Position numbers and translations under genes: made by a program. A stretch of DNA of 63,868 bases, the filler included, from Intoshia linei (Eukaryota; Animalia; Orthonectida), in assembly GCA_001642005.1 (NCBI GenBank). It is 9 parts of 9 records of this genome, joined end to end, with 100 filler letters (N's around TTAATTAATTAA, not from the genome) between each part and the next. Parts side by side here need not be neighbours in the genome. Positions count along the whole stretch, not along the records: positions 1 to 30,365 come from LWCA01000364.1; 8 more parts are not named here. One strand, written 5' to 3'. How positions within the stretch are numbered: the stretch's first letter is position 1; each line of letters opens with the position of its first letter. The notes beneath the pieces were generated by a model. It did no database searches. It saw only the letters and a program-made list of their open reading frames with translations, and had not been told where the DNA came from. Below are positions 14,102-29,100 of the stretch, piece after piece.

Positions 14102-17100
14102 TTAAACTTTAAATTGCGAAAATCTGATTTCTCTCGACGAATCTAAATTGGTTTTTAAATGAATTTAAATTAATTTACTCATGCCATTTCGTAAATTGAT
14201 TACATTAATTCTACCTAAATTATCATATATCATTTAACGTAAAAATAATAACCAAGTTTGTCTTTTTTAATTTTTGCGAAATAGGCCAATAGTATAAATA
14301 TTATTATCAATATTATTAAAAGGCAAGGTATTAAAACTGAAAGTAGCACCGTTTGTAGATAACTTTTCTAAATAACATGATTAATCTGAAAAGGACAAAA
14401 AATAATACCATAGAACTTTTTTGTAGTACCGAACCATCGATAGCTAAATATGTGTCAAGATATGCGGAAAAAGTGGAATATTTTATTTCAACTTGTGATG
14501 CTAATATTTCTTTTAATGATTTAATCATATCCACTATATTAAGGGGTGTTCCACTTATTTCCATTTTTATCATTATGCTACCTATTTAGTTATTATTTAA
14601 CTGTATAATTTATCTAAATATATTTTAATGTCACTATTTACCTTCGAGTATTCTAAAATTAGAAAATATTATATCTTTTCCAATTTGTTCAAATTTTGTT
14701 TTGACACAAAGTGTAAATCCTTCAAAATCAACATTTTTTAATGAATCAAAGGTTGAATCGATTTTAAATGTTACATTTTTAGTTAAAAAATTTTTTTCAT
14801 CTGGAACAATTTCATTTTTTAAATTTACGTAGACAGTAGCATAACTTTTCAATGGATAAAAATCTAGTGATCCTGTAATTTCCGATACAAATGTAAATAT
14901 TCCTCCTGAATTTAGTATTGTAATGCTTTCGCTCAATTGAATGCTACTAATGTCTGAAGTGTTGCTCACGTTTAAGTTGATTTTGTTGATTTTTTCATTT
15001 TTTGAATTCACCATATTTATTTCATTATTATTGCTGCAATTATAATCCGGACTTAATCGAATTTGCCATGTTTCATTCTAAATATTAGACTATTGAAATT
15101 TTGATTTTAAGGGAATAAATGTTTCAAGAAATAATAAATTTATCAAATTTCAGTTTATAATAACAAATAGTTTTAATAAATAATTACTTACTTCATACAT
15201 TAACTGAGCCATTAGTCGTGGCCCACTACTATTAATAAAAGAAAGTGTGCCGCCAACTAAATGGCGGACTGTAATGAATTTTGTAATAATTTCAGGATAA
15301 TTCTTAAGCATGACAGCTTGAATTTGCAATAATATCTGATTATTTTCATTTTCTACAGATCTTAAAGTTTTATGAGGTTCATTTTATATTTGAGTTTAAG
15401 AAATATTAAAAAGATAAAGATGAGGTACACACGTCTTAATATGTAAATATTTTTATTCAAAACGGGACTCCTTGGCTATGCCTATCAAAAATTCATGTTT
15501 TGTGTCATTTACAATGAAATTTAAATAATGCAATACGAGTATTTTTGGGAATACATAATGTATGTCATATTTTTTTTTAGAAAAAATCTAATTAGATAAA
15601 AGAGGACTTTTGAGCAAGAATTTCATTTAACTGGAATTATTATTTTAGTTTTTAAGGAATATTTTCAAAGCAATATTGGTTTGATTAATATAATAATAAT
15701 AATTTACCTTAACATTAAGAAATTTTCTAGTAATAAAATCAACAATTTTGATTTTAAAATTAAAAGGCACATTTTGTTCAACATTCATAGAAAGAACATT
15801 TGCAGATATGGGTTGTTTTGGAATTTTAAATGATTTTGATTGTATTATTCCGTGTTTAAAATAACTATTTCCAACAACTTTGGCATCTAGCCTAAAATTA
15901 AACATTCATGTGGGGATAATAATAACTTGTCCAGTGGACAATGTCCACAGCTCTCTTGATTATGGATTTAGGTTAGTGATTTTGAAATGGGGTTCCTGAA
16001 CCCCTTGCGGTTAAAAACTGTATGCCTGGGGTCCGTGAGATTCAAATTTAATTTGATTTAATTCATTTAATTTTTTTTATTTTTATAGTAAAATTTTTCA
16101 GGATACTATTTAATGTTCCGACTAATTTAATAGTTTCAACGTCTAATTTAATATTTACAACGCATAATTTAATTAATTTAACATTATTTAATAAGTACTT
16201 TAGTCGTCTAATTTAATGCTTAAGCGTGTAATATAATTATTGTACCATCTAACTTATTATTCGAAACGTTTGAATTAAGTTATAAATTTCTGTGGATCAC
16301 CACAAATTAACATTTCTCATAAGCCGTTTTTAGTTTTTAATTATGTATTAGCATTTTTAAGTAAATTTTATACATACATGGTCAGTTTCTCGAAATTCTT
16401 CCAATTCAAATCAAAAATTGTATGTGACAGACCCGACATTACTAAAAACTGGAAAAATGCGTTTCAATGGGTTTAAAAACAAAATAAATCAAAACAGTTT
16501 TAAAAATTTTTTTAATATGAGAAAATGTTTAAATTCTGTTTGGAAAATATCGATGCATCGTAAAAATTGGAAATTTTCGAAGTGTACGTGTCCCTTTTTG
16601 AGTAAAAATTAAATGTGTAAACATTCTATCGGTATAGCAATACGACAAAGAATTGATAGGTGTATTGTACCTCGAGAGTCGAAAGCTCTCCCATTGAATG
16701 TCAAGGAAAAGGAGACGACCAGCTTAGGCTAATCAAGCTTTGCAGAGGCCGTGTTAAATTAACGGTTAATTCACAATAAATTAAAAGTTAGTTTTATAAA
16801 AAATAACGTTATGCTTGAATAAAATAAATGCTACTTCTATTAATTTAGACGCTGACATTATAACTATAGACGCTGGTGAAATTAGACGCTGTAACTATTA
16901 AATTATATGTTGCAATAATAATAATTCAATTTTTAATATTTATTACAGAGTTGCCAGATTTTGGGAATTTATCCCAAAGCCTAGACGACCGCTACATTAT
17001 TATTTCAAAACTACCAATTTTATCCTACCATTAATAAAATTTAATAATATTTGATAAAAAATAACATTTCAGACACTCAGTGAAAAATCACTGTTACAGA

Positions 17101-20100
17101 TATTTTATTGTAAAATCCATTTAATGAAAACACAAAATAAAAAATTATTATTTTTTGAAAAACATGACTTTACCAAATCTTATGAGAAAAAATCTTTTAT
17201 TTTTACATAAATCTTATATATATATATCTCATGAAAAAATGAATTTAATTTAACAAAACTGATGTCCATTCAATGTGTGGAACTATCTGTAAAATATAAA
17301 TGTATTTTTTAAATAAAAAACAATTTATAAGCCCATAAAAATAAAAAATTCAATTATGAAAAATATAAATAAAATAATTATTTTATAATTTAATGATTAG
17401 ATTCTAATGGTTAAAATGATAATTATTATTCTACTTATTAAAAAAAGGAAAAAATAATTATATAATATTATAGTGTATAGTGTCGCCATCAGTACCATGC
17501 AGAGGGGTTGGGCCATATGGCCCGATCCTACAATCATAAGGGACTAATATTTTAATTTATTAATATGTAATATTAGAAAATTTCTTAATTATGATGAATC
17601 ATCATTGATGACCAATGCAACTTACAATTGTTATTTTGATTTTTAGGTAATAAAGTTTTGATTAAACAATTTATAGACGTCCCAGTTTTAAAAAAAATTT
17701 ATTTTCCCAAATTTTCCATCTGGCTCAGGCTTACTGCTGGCTCTACGCGGCCCTGGTCGCTCAATACTTTTAAAAGAAAGGATACATTTTAATTTATTAT
17801 TATTATTATTGATTTGAATCGAACATATTCAGATTATATCAAACATAAATTTGCATATAAAATTAAATTAAAATAAAAACCTGTAAAATTTAGAATTATC
17901 TGCTTGAATAATGGTAAAATTTGTAAAAGTTGCACACCCCGATATGACTTGTCTTACATTATGTTGAACATTCATGATAATGTTGTTGTCATCATCAATT
18001 AAAGTCAATTCCACACTCCACAACCCAGTTGATGAATACAAATTTTGAATAGGTTGATTGGTTTCATCATAAATACAAACAATTAAAGGTTTTTCAAAAA
18101 TGGCCCCAGCATGTAAAGGGATAGGATTCTGAAAGATTTTCATTGAAGTAGGAATGACAATAGTTTCTAAAATGATATTATGTCCAACATTTTGATCGGC
18201 GGTAATTATATACTGTTGATAATTTGGATCTTCTGGTGGAGGAACTGGTTTGGTTATAGTCATATTAATAACAATAGCATTCATTATTTTTGAAATGGAA
18301 TCACTCTGTATAGCTTCACCCAAGTTTGATACGATGCTTGTTAATTTTTGGAATGACAGTACTGGTGTTTTTACACCTGGATTGTCACCAAACTCTAATT
18401 GCACGGATAATTTTCCTATAGCACGTTTTTTCTGTAAAGCATTTGACTCTGAAATAATATTCACTATTCTAACTTGACTAGGATCTAATCCTAAAAATAT
18501 TCTCAAATTGTTGATGATATCAACTCCAAAAAAATCGTCAATTGTCATATCCGGTAAATCAAAGCTAAACCGTACCACCGCCACTATAGATATTTTGTAA
18601 TCAATAGATGACTGAACGGTCAAGTACAATGTTTTACTCATTGTGTCGTAAATATTGGCACCCGACGTGCCGTCTGATATATAATAAAAGGGTTTATCGA
18701 CTGTTTTGTATCTGTATTCTCCTGGTGAAACTTCTACTCTGTTACTAGGCGGTACATAAACACCATTAGCCGTAACATCTATTCTTTGAGAAGTTGAATA
18801 ATAAATGGCTACAAAAATAAAAACAGTTGCACCACTTGATGGCAACATTAATCTCAAATTTTGAGGCAAGGTGCTACTCAGGTGGATAGTATAATTACTA
18901 CCTGCCGTAACTATAGGTCTATATAAACTTAATCGCTCTCTACAAGCATAGCCTTCGCATATTCCGTGGTCGGATGGGCCATTCATTACGTCTAAGAATA
19001 AATCTCCAGACAAAATGGCAATTGGGCCAATTCTTCTGGTTAATGTATCGGAATCAAGACTTTCTAAATGAAGATGATAATAATCGTCTTCTTGGCACCG
19101 GTACGCCGTCCATTCTTCATTCCATACACATCTATTATTCTGAATTCCTACTTTTTTGTATAAATGTTTGTATTCTATTCTGTTTCCATTTAAATCAGTC
19201 GACATTGTTTTGGGAATCCTATGATCTCCAAAACCGCGACTCTGGTCTCCATTCCACTGAAATGATGAATCTGGTATAATTGCATATTTTCGATTTTCTT
19301 TGGGGTAAAAATGTTCAAGTAATGAACCATCCAAATCTTTAATCAACAATTTTTTATTCATATCACAGTCCATATCGATACACCCATTAAATGTTTTAAT
19401 ATTAGACAATTTGGGTCTGCCAAACTGTGCAATATTATTTTCAGAAACATTAAAATATTTAAGCTTGTTTGTTTTAATCATGTATGAGTAATCTTTATTT
19501 TCAGGGTTATATACGAATATATAGTTTTTACTGTTTTGACACCCTTTATTGTAATTAACAAATACTGTGTCTTTGACGTTTATATCAAATGACAACAAAT
19601 TTCGAGACATTAATGTATGTAATGCCATTTCTGGAAACATGTTATCATTTTCATTTGTCGTTGGCCATAATATTGCATGATATGATTGTTCGCCACCAAT
19701 TTTTGGAGGTGTCGAAGATGTGGCAATAACATAAAAGCCTTTATTAGATTTTTCTATATTATTATTTTGACAGTCGAATCCCTTGGACATGCCCACATAT
19801 ACGGATCTTTCAATAGTTACATAATGTTTATTTAAAATGTGATTTACAGGCGAACCCCCCAGAACCATTGCAAATGTACCAATCTTGGTATCTATTAAGA
19901 TGTTATCACTCAACAGTATATTACATTCTGATTGAGTGTATATTCCATAAGTCCAGACCTTCCAAATTTTAAATGAACGGATTCTAACGCACTTGTCAGA
20001 AATGGGCAAAGTGGTGGCCTGGCAATTTTCTGGTTCAATTAAAACACCAATTACAGCGGCTCCAATGATATTATTATGCCATTGCACAGCATTACTCGAT

Positions 20101-23100
20101 GTACACAATTCACCGCCAGTATTAAACGCTGCTCTTTCTGACCCAATCACAACATTGTCGATGCATTGTGTATCAACACTATTTACTGTATGAATTGCAC
20201 CATCATAATTCAAATTGAAAGGTTCATATCTTCCATTATATGTCCCTGAAAAAAGGTTATGTAAAACCAAATTTCCACTTATAAGTGTTGTTTTACTATT
20301 GGTTACTATTGCACTAACCACCGTGTGATATATGGTATTAAATTCAATTTTTATATTTGAGGATCCAAAAATACCCACTGCAGTTGAATAACAATTTCTG
20401 AAAGATGAGAATCGAACAAAATTATCACTCATTTCTTCATTACTTATGTCTATGAAAGCTATAGAAAAACGAGGATCAGATGGAGATACAAACCCTTCTT
20501 GTCCAGTCTGCATAAATTCTACTGATTCTATTCTAATTTTACCTGCAAAAATTTAAAAATTTAAAGATTAAAAAATTATGTTTTATATAACCTTGAAAAG
20601 ATTTTATGTCAGGAATACCATCAATTAAATTTACTTCCGTTGTCCGTCCCACAACAACTCTTCCACCGAAAGATTGCTTATGACTAGTTCCATCATCGTA
20701 ACCAAATATTTTTATATTTCGTGTCAATAATCCAACTAAAATCTATTTAGATAATAATATTAATAATAAAATAACCATAAACAGAAATTTCGTAAGATTG
20801 GCTTGAACTATTTTCTACTATTCTATCGTTCACAATAAAATGATTATAGTTTAATGGGGTTTCTAGATTTATTATTCCAAGTTTTAAATCAACAGATTTA
20901 ATTTGAACAATTTCTGTCTCTCCACTGTCAAAACTTGATGAAGATATGACAATTTCATCTTTTGTCTTCCAGGTGATAGCTCCGTTTACAGTAATGCTAT
21001 TGTCCCCTTTTCTAGCTGACATTACCAATTTATATTTATTGAAACTTTTATCTGATCCAAATAGTTGCAGTAAACCAAAAACAGCTAAAATTATAATTTT
21101 TATAAATAACGTCGCATCATTGTCAGAGCCCAATATACCATGTTCGAGGAATATACAAATATTAATTAGGCCTTTAATTTCATATTTTCTAAAAGATGCG
21201 TATTATCATATAACCACTAACTCACGGATCAAGGTTCTCAGCTTGACAGTTATGATACTGACAAATATATAAATCCTTACTTATATAAATGTTCAATTTA
21301 GAAAAATTATAGCAAATTTTGGAAAAAATATACATTGTTCTATCGATTATAGCATATTATATATATAGTTATACGTACTACCTCAATAAGGCACCCAATA
21401 TGATCAATTGTGTATGTAACTCTTTTGTGTGTTATCGTTTAATTAAAAAAGTCAATGGTTTATAAAATAAAAAACTCAATTTGTAATAAAGTTTTCAGAG
21501 ATTGATGTTTTAAAGTAAATTTTATTTACAGAAATTAGATCCTTCTGGGTCAAAAACACAAATTCCCATTTTTTTAAAAACTGAAGAGCCATAGAATTTA
21601 AAAAACATTGACTTTTCTCGGAATATTTATAAAGTATTAACATTGTCGTTAATGTCAACATCAGAACCTTATATTTTTATGTTCCAAGCCCCAGATTACC
21701 CTTTTCTTTCAAATTAAAAGTCCTAGAATTTAATAAAAACATACATTTTGGTAAATCTCAACAAGAGAAGTTTACATCTTTATGGTTTAAACTTTCAACC
21801 CATATTACACGTTTTTTTAAATCTAGTGCTAGAATTTTAAAACAAAATTACAGCTAATGCAGTTATTGCAATTAACATACAGAAAAAATTTTAATCTCAA
21901 ATAGCGACGCTATAACGGTCAAAAAAGCACTTTAGTATTCATTTTTTTATTTGGTATATTATTTACTTTATAAACCAAAAGTATTCAAATGTCAATAACT
22001 CATAATCATATAATTTAAATAAAAGATTATTCATAGACAGATTATTCCACGTGATCTAAAGAAAACATTTGAACCCATAGAAGTCTGCGTATTCCTGGTC
22101 AAAAATTAATTTTAATATATTATCAACCAATATTTTTTAAATTTTAATTTAAAATTGAAAATCTAAATATTCATCTTAAAATTTCAAAAAAAAGTGAGAA
22201 TGAAAGCTATAAGTATTTGAAATACAGAAATCATGGTTTTAGTCTCATAAATGGAACCATTCCGTTTTTTTATCATTGCTACGCAATTATCTATTGGTAT
22301 TTTCAAAAAAATTTAAAGTTTATCAATTAAAGTATAACTTTGTTATTATGCAAAATGTACTTTAAAAAAATAAACTAATTTTTTAATTTTGCTTGTAAAT
22401 TAAAGTGGCCAGAAAAAATACGTACTATTGATTTTGGTTTATTTGGTGTTAAATGTAAAGCCAAAACTAATTATCTATGACGAATAAAAATTTTCGGCTT
22501 AAAATTTATGGCCACTTTAGGTAAATTACCCATTACTAGTGGTAATACAATCAGAAATCTGGTAAAGCACGTGCTGGTAATAAAAATTTTACCAATAATG
22601 CTGGTAACACCTTTGCTTATTGCAGCAAAATATTTGTACTTATCGAAAAAGGATACGGAATATATTTCATCACATTACACAAATTTTTAGAAACTTATAA
22701 TTTACACAAATAAAGAGTATTGAACATTGTTCACAACTTGAAGGATTTGAAAGAATTCTCATTTTAATTAAATATTATTATGTAAACTAACCTATAGATT
22801 TAGATCCAATTTTGGGTCCATATTCAGTAACATATTCCACAGTATCTTGATTTCCATGCAACACAATATCAAAATCTCTAGTAAAAGCTTCTTGAGCAGT
22901 TCCAGCAAACATGTGACCACCTTGAATAATAATATTAAATACGTGTAATTCAATTTTTGGAGATGCTACACCATTTAAATTGTTTTTTACTTGCAATGTT
23001 CCTCTAATGATTATTTCCTGGTAAACAGTTTTTTCGCCGGTATCTAAAATTACCCATAAATTTTTTGGGATAATAATTTTTGCTCCATTTGAAGGTAGAC

Positions 23101-26100
23101 CATTAGTAGTAGAGGAACAGTATATTTTGTCTTCCACTAAAGTTGTCGACCAGGATGATGTCATAGACCATTGAAGTGAATTATTTGGAGTTATAGTAAT
23201 CTCATTAATTTCGTCTCCATCACCGGGTAATTTGCATTGGTAATAAAAGCATTTTTTTGCTTCAAACTTTACATCTAAATCACAGTAATCTTTATCATGA
23301 GGAGAACATACACCTACATATGTCAATTCTTTACCAGCTTTACTATAATGATAATCTCCAAAAATTAAACCGCTGTCCCACGGTGTACCACCGTTGTTTA
23401 ATGGTGACGTGATCGTGTAATTATGATTTTTAACTGTAGGGTCTTTATTTAAAGGTACATTAAGTATATCATAAAAATCTTGTTTTAATATGTGGCTTAT
23501 GAAAATAAATTCATTTTTTTCCAAATTCCATATACGCCCTAAATAGCTAATATTTGATATTTGTAGTCCATTTTCCCAAACTATTGAATATGATTCACCA
23601 ACCACACCCATAAACATCCACCCATCTGAAAAAACATCTCTTTTGATTCTGTATGGTACTAAACTTTCCCCATTTTTATTTTTCACAATAATGTTTTTAT
23701 AAAGCAAACTTTCGGGTAACGCTTCATTGAAACTGAAACGAAACATGCTCACGGTAGGTGAACATAAAAGTGCCTTGAAATTAACACTCCACATTCCAGT
23801 TGTATCAATTTTACACTTTGATAAAGGTACTAAATCTGTTTTTGGTACTACACGATAGCCAGCAACATTTGTATCTGTCAAACTTCCATCCAAATCTACC
23901 AATTCCATCTAGTATATACTTATAAATTATATATTGTATTATACCATATGTTCCCATTTAAAATCACTTCTTTTTGAAGAATTTATATACTTTACATTTT
24001 TAAATTTATAAGTGTATCCACCACAAATATTTGTACATTCGCAAATCACCTTAACCAACCCAAATGTAGAGCATATCTGTCCATTTTTTTCTCCGTCGTA
24101 ATTAATATACGTCACTCCTAATATATAATTATAATTAATTGCATTTATTTTTAATGTTACCATCGTATAGTAATCCATTTCCAAACGGCAATACAGTTCC
24201 ATACTAAATATTTGATAAATATACTTTTTTAGAAACCAGAAAAATAGTACACGGTCGCATAATATCTGCAATTAAAATGACTTAAAAAAATTAAAAAGAC
24301 TATTAAAATAATAAAAAGTTGAACGAAATCAAATTGCTGTAAAATTTTGTTTGATAATTTTATCACACATTTAGGCATAGTATGATTATATACCGTGGTA
24401 CTTTCGAAACGTTTGGTTTTACGGATGCTATGATAAACTAAATGATGCATATGATTATAAATACATTGTGCTAAATCACTAAATCTTATCACTTTTCTAA
24501 TTTTTTTAATATACGAGTGAGTAATTCGGCCAATGAAGAAAGATGGATAATTTAATTTTCAATAGTTGAATCAGCGAATCAGTGATTTTTTTATTTCGAG
24601 ATATAAATAAATTTTAAAAATTATTATTCATTATTAAAATTTTAAGGTTCAGAATTTTGTAATGTTTCCTTTTATTACCGTTATTTATAAAAAATACTAA
24701 AAATTTTCCACTAAAATTTATTTTAATTTTTTGCAGATACAGAATACTATATTATTAAAATATTCATTTAAAGATTAAAGATTGTTATTACAGACAGAAT
24801 ATTAAATTATTTATTATATTTATTGGTATTATTATTATTGGTGAATAGTGTTTGCATCTGAGATGACCCAGTGACTACCCGCTCATTTTTTTAATATATT
24901 GACGACATGAAACTAAATAGATAAAAATTACTTTGCTGCAAGGAGGATGAGCTTGATAATTAAAATGAGATATAATTGTAGCACCAGTAACCATTGCTCC
25001 AGTATATTTGTATTGGGGTGTATTATGCATAATATGAACGTGTTCCAAATTAGCTTCAAAATTATTTCCAACCAAAAAATTTTTATATTGAACTGAACTG
25101 CACCTAACCCATTCCGCTCCACGTAAAGAGTTCCAGACAATCATTTTTTCAAAAATGGCAGGTTTTGTAGCTGCCCCATAATCGCATTTTCCATACGTTT
25201 TAGACGTCTCACGAGGATCATAACGTTCAAAAATCCACAAACCGTACCAACCTACTGAATGAACAGTGTTGTTGAAACATTCCAGTAAAGGAGCGAATCT
25301 AGGACAAATTGACTTGTCAAATGAAGGACCTTCAGGATGTTCCCTCATTCTGTACCAAATTCCAAAATGGGTTCCTCCAGCAATATGATTATGTCTTACA
25401 ATGTTGTAAGGATGAGTGATCCAGAGTCCAGCTGGCGATATGTCGTCATTCAATAAACTAGAACTAGATTTTACATGTACGAGAAGGTTATATTGGATTA
25501 TATTTTCACGTTCTATGCTATCTTCTAAAAAAACGGCTCCACCCATTACATCATATATTACGTTTCTTTCAAGCACTAAAATGTGTATTTATATTGATAT
25601 GAACGATTATGCAAGTTTTACTCGATCCTATACAATGGCCAATATTTTTAAAGTAAATTGTGATTCATTGTCGGAATAAAAATTTTAAATTTTGAAAAAA
25701 TGTATAGGTTCTTGAAAGTCTAGTCCAGTGTTTCCCAAATGGTTTGCCATAAGTAGAATTCAGATGCGTCGCAAAGAAATTTTACTTTATTTTATAAATT
25801 TTTAAAAATTAGTGTCTAAACGTTTACATTGACGAATATTGTAGGATTTAGTATTTAATATAATATGCGATTTTTGTTTGTGTGTGTGTTCCACTTTATT
25901 TAATATTGAATTTTATAAAGTCCACATTTCAATTACAGTTTTTTTTCTGGGTGTGTTCGCAAAATTTATTTCAACCTCCCAAACTCATATCTTACGGGTC
26001 AAAAACCCCAATTGTCCTTTTTTTTAAAAATCAAACAAGTTGGAGAATTTAAAATAATATATACGCTGATACGGATTTTAAAATCATAAACATTATTATA

Positions 26101-29100
26101 AATTTAAATTTAAAAAAATTATATCTTCAAGGCCAAAACCCCAAATTACCCTTTTTTTAAATGAAAACAGCCCTAGAATTTAAAAAAATTTACAGGTGGT
26201 AGAGTTGTATTATGTTAACACACATAAAAAATTTCAATCTGAGTAAGTGACGACTTCACGGTTAAAAAATCATTTTAGTATTCATATATTTTTTTTCCGA
26301 AATATTTTATTAAAACCAAAAATGTGAAATAATTAACCGTTCAAAAATTAAAAAAAAAAAAATTATTCTGATAGTGCCTATTCCAGTTGATATAAATACA
26401 AAATTTCAACCCCAGATATCTACGCATTCCCGGTGAAAAATAATTTTTAATATATTATCAACCAATATTTTTCAAATAGTTCGATTAAAATCAAAAATTG
26501 AAAAAGGTAAATATTGAAAATGTAAATATTGATCCAACCATTTCAAAAAAAATGTGCAGTGAACGTCTACACATTTCCCATAAAGAAATATGGGTGAAAA
26601 TCTATATAATTCATTCCTTCGGAATTTTTTAAATTTTAAATTCTCATTTTCAAAACATTTTGAATAAAATTTAAATAGAAACTAAACACGAAACATGATT
26701 TATTGAAACCTGTTATAACCATTCAATTTAATCAGTTATGGCAAATTGATGTTTTAGGTCCGTTTATAGAAAATTCAAAATTAAATAAAGCATTTTTGTA
26801 TTATTATATTATATTTTTATCGTTTTTAATCTTTGCAAATTTTCGAATATCGATGTGTTATTTTCTTATCAAAATTTTTATTTATTTCACATGTGCTCCA
26901 AGAAATAAAAAAGGTTAACAATAACTGCTCCAGTGATTCGCAATACAAAATTAAGTACGCCTCAAGAATTTTAAATAATTTCAAAAATTGAATAAAACTT
27001 ACAATTGTTAATAAATTAATAAAAAATACAAGGCAATTAATTTAATTAATTTACACATAAAAAAAATCACATCGTTTATCAAAACGTTTTTTAGAGTCAT
27101 TTCAATAATGTTTAAACTTTTGGGTTCACATTTATTAGGGGGATAATATTTTAGCAAAACAGTCAAATATTCGAGCAAATCGATTTGAAGTGTTAAGAAA
27201 TTTTTTTACATATTTGGTGCACCGCCAATTTTCATTACCTTTAAGTACGCGTAATAGCAAAAAGTTTGGGGACCACTCGTCTAGTCACTAGAGCAGTGCT
27301 TTCTAATCTGTGTGTTGCCAAACTTTTAAAATTTATAATCTAAAGTGAACAGAAAAAATACCTACTAACAATTTTAATTTATTAGTTTGTTAGTGTAAAA
27401 TTTAAGTTTTAAGTTTTTCACTTTTTTTGGTGACGAGAACAATTCTCGTCCACTTATTTTTTTAATTTTTGTGTCGCAAAATTTTTCGAAATTGAAATGT
27501 GTCGCCAACCAAAAATTTTTGAAAGCACTACACTAGAGTCTAGTTAATAGAGTTTAATAAGTACAGTAATGTAGCAGTAACATTTTTTTAGCCATGTATA
27601 GCAAAAAATAATAATACAGTCTAATTTCTCGTTATATGAATATTTTAAAGACTAATTTTGTAATTAAAAATATACAAATTGGATGATTTATGTTAATAAA
27701 ATATTATTATGCATTGGCTCTTCTATTTCAAAAAATTCTGATTAACATTTTTATTGAAGTAAAAAAATTTTAAAAGTATCTTCTTTTTTAATTAGTAATA
27801 GCAAAATATTCAAAAACAGTCATTATTTTTATATAAAATTTTTTTGTCAAAATTTCACTTATTTTCTGCATACAACTAATTTTATATAGATAAATAGTGT
27901 AAATAGTGAAAACTTTTAAATTTTGAAAAAAGTGCTCCACTTTTCACAACTTGTCTATAGTCCGCTTAAATTAAGCCTTAATCCGTATCTACTGTAGTAC
28001 TCATTGATACTACATCTGTATCGAAAATTAATTATATTTAATTTTATTCTGTTTTTTTGATTTTTTCTGTTATTTATTACCTACTAAAAGCCCCTTTAAA
28101 TTAACATGATTATTGTACTTGATAAAAATAAATAATCCGTTAATCTGCGTTTTTCGAAAACTAGTAATTCAGTTAATCAGTAATTAGACTGTACAATAAT
28201 TACATATATTGTGACTGTTGTGAATGTTTATTGCCCGATTATAAGTTTTGTGTATGGAACATCCTTTTACATATGATCCAGTCATATTTCCATTAATATG
28301 AAAATGAATAGGATAACGTCCTATTCTAAAAGCTTGACCAACATTGAATAATTCAACATATTCTATATGTATTTTTGCAGAGTTGGAATCAAATACATGG
28401 CTATGTGCCATTATTTGACCTCCATATTCATCAGAACCAACTTCATTCCCAAATCGTCCCTAGTGTAAAATTAAATGAGTAATATTTATTAATATGTGAT
28501 GTAATTAATTTTGGGTACTATGAAAATAGAGCAATTTTTAAATACAAAATATTGGATTATTAACTGGGACCATTCCAGTGTAAATAAGCTAAATTAAAAC
28601 CGTGTCACCTGTTAAAATGGATTAGATTTTAAATAATGATTGCTTGACCCATCAAATTTTTTAAGGATTTGGTGCATTCAAAAAAATAAAATATTTTTCT
28701 CCAAAATTATTTTAATTATATTAAAAAGTTGCCAAACCCGATTTTAAAATTTTGACTCACTTTTCAAATTACTAAGTAGTACTACATTTGTATCTGTACT
28801 ACAAATTCTGTAGTATCTTGTATTGAAGATATGAAAATGAATTTGATGTATCAAAATGAACAAAAACTAAAAATTTTAAGAAAATAGAAAATAACCTGAA
28901 AACACGTTTGTACAGCAAATTGACCTATCAAAAAATAAAATACAAAATTTTTAGTAATTCACCTGTATCAAAAGTTTCTGGGCAAGCTTTAATATTATCA
29001 GCCCATTGTTCATTAGAACTTCCTCTAAATAAAATATTGTGAGACAAAAGTCCCACTTCCGCTCTCAGTTCAATCGAAGCTCCATTAGAGTAAGTTTCTG

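Noticed and set aside
18250-25679. Plus-strand ORFs at 18250, 18974, 19993, 20946 and 25416
   Set aside because: Antisense to PKHD1L1 exons, with no independent motifs.
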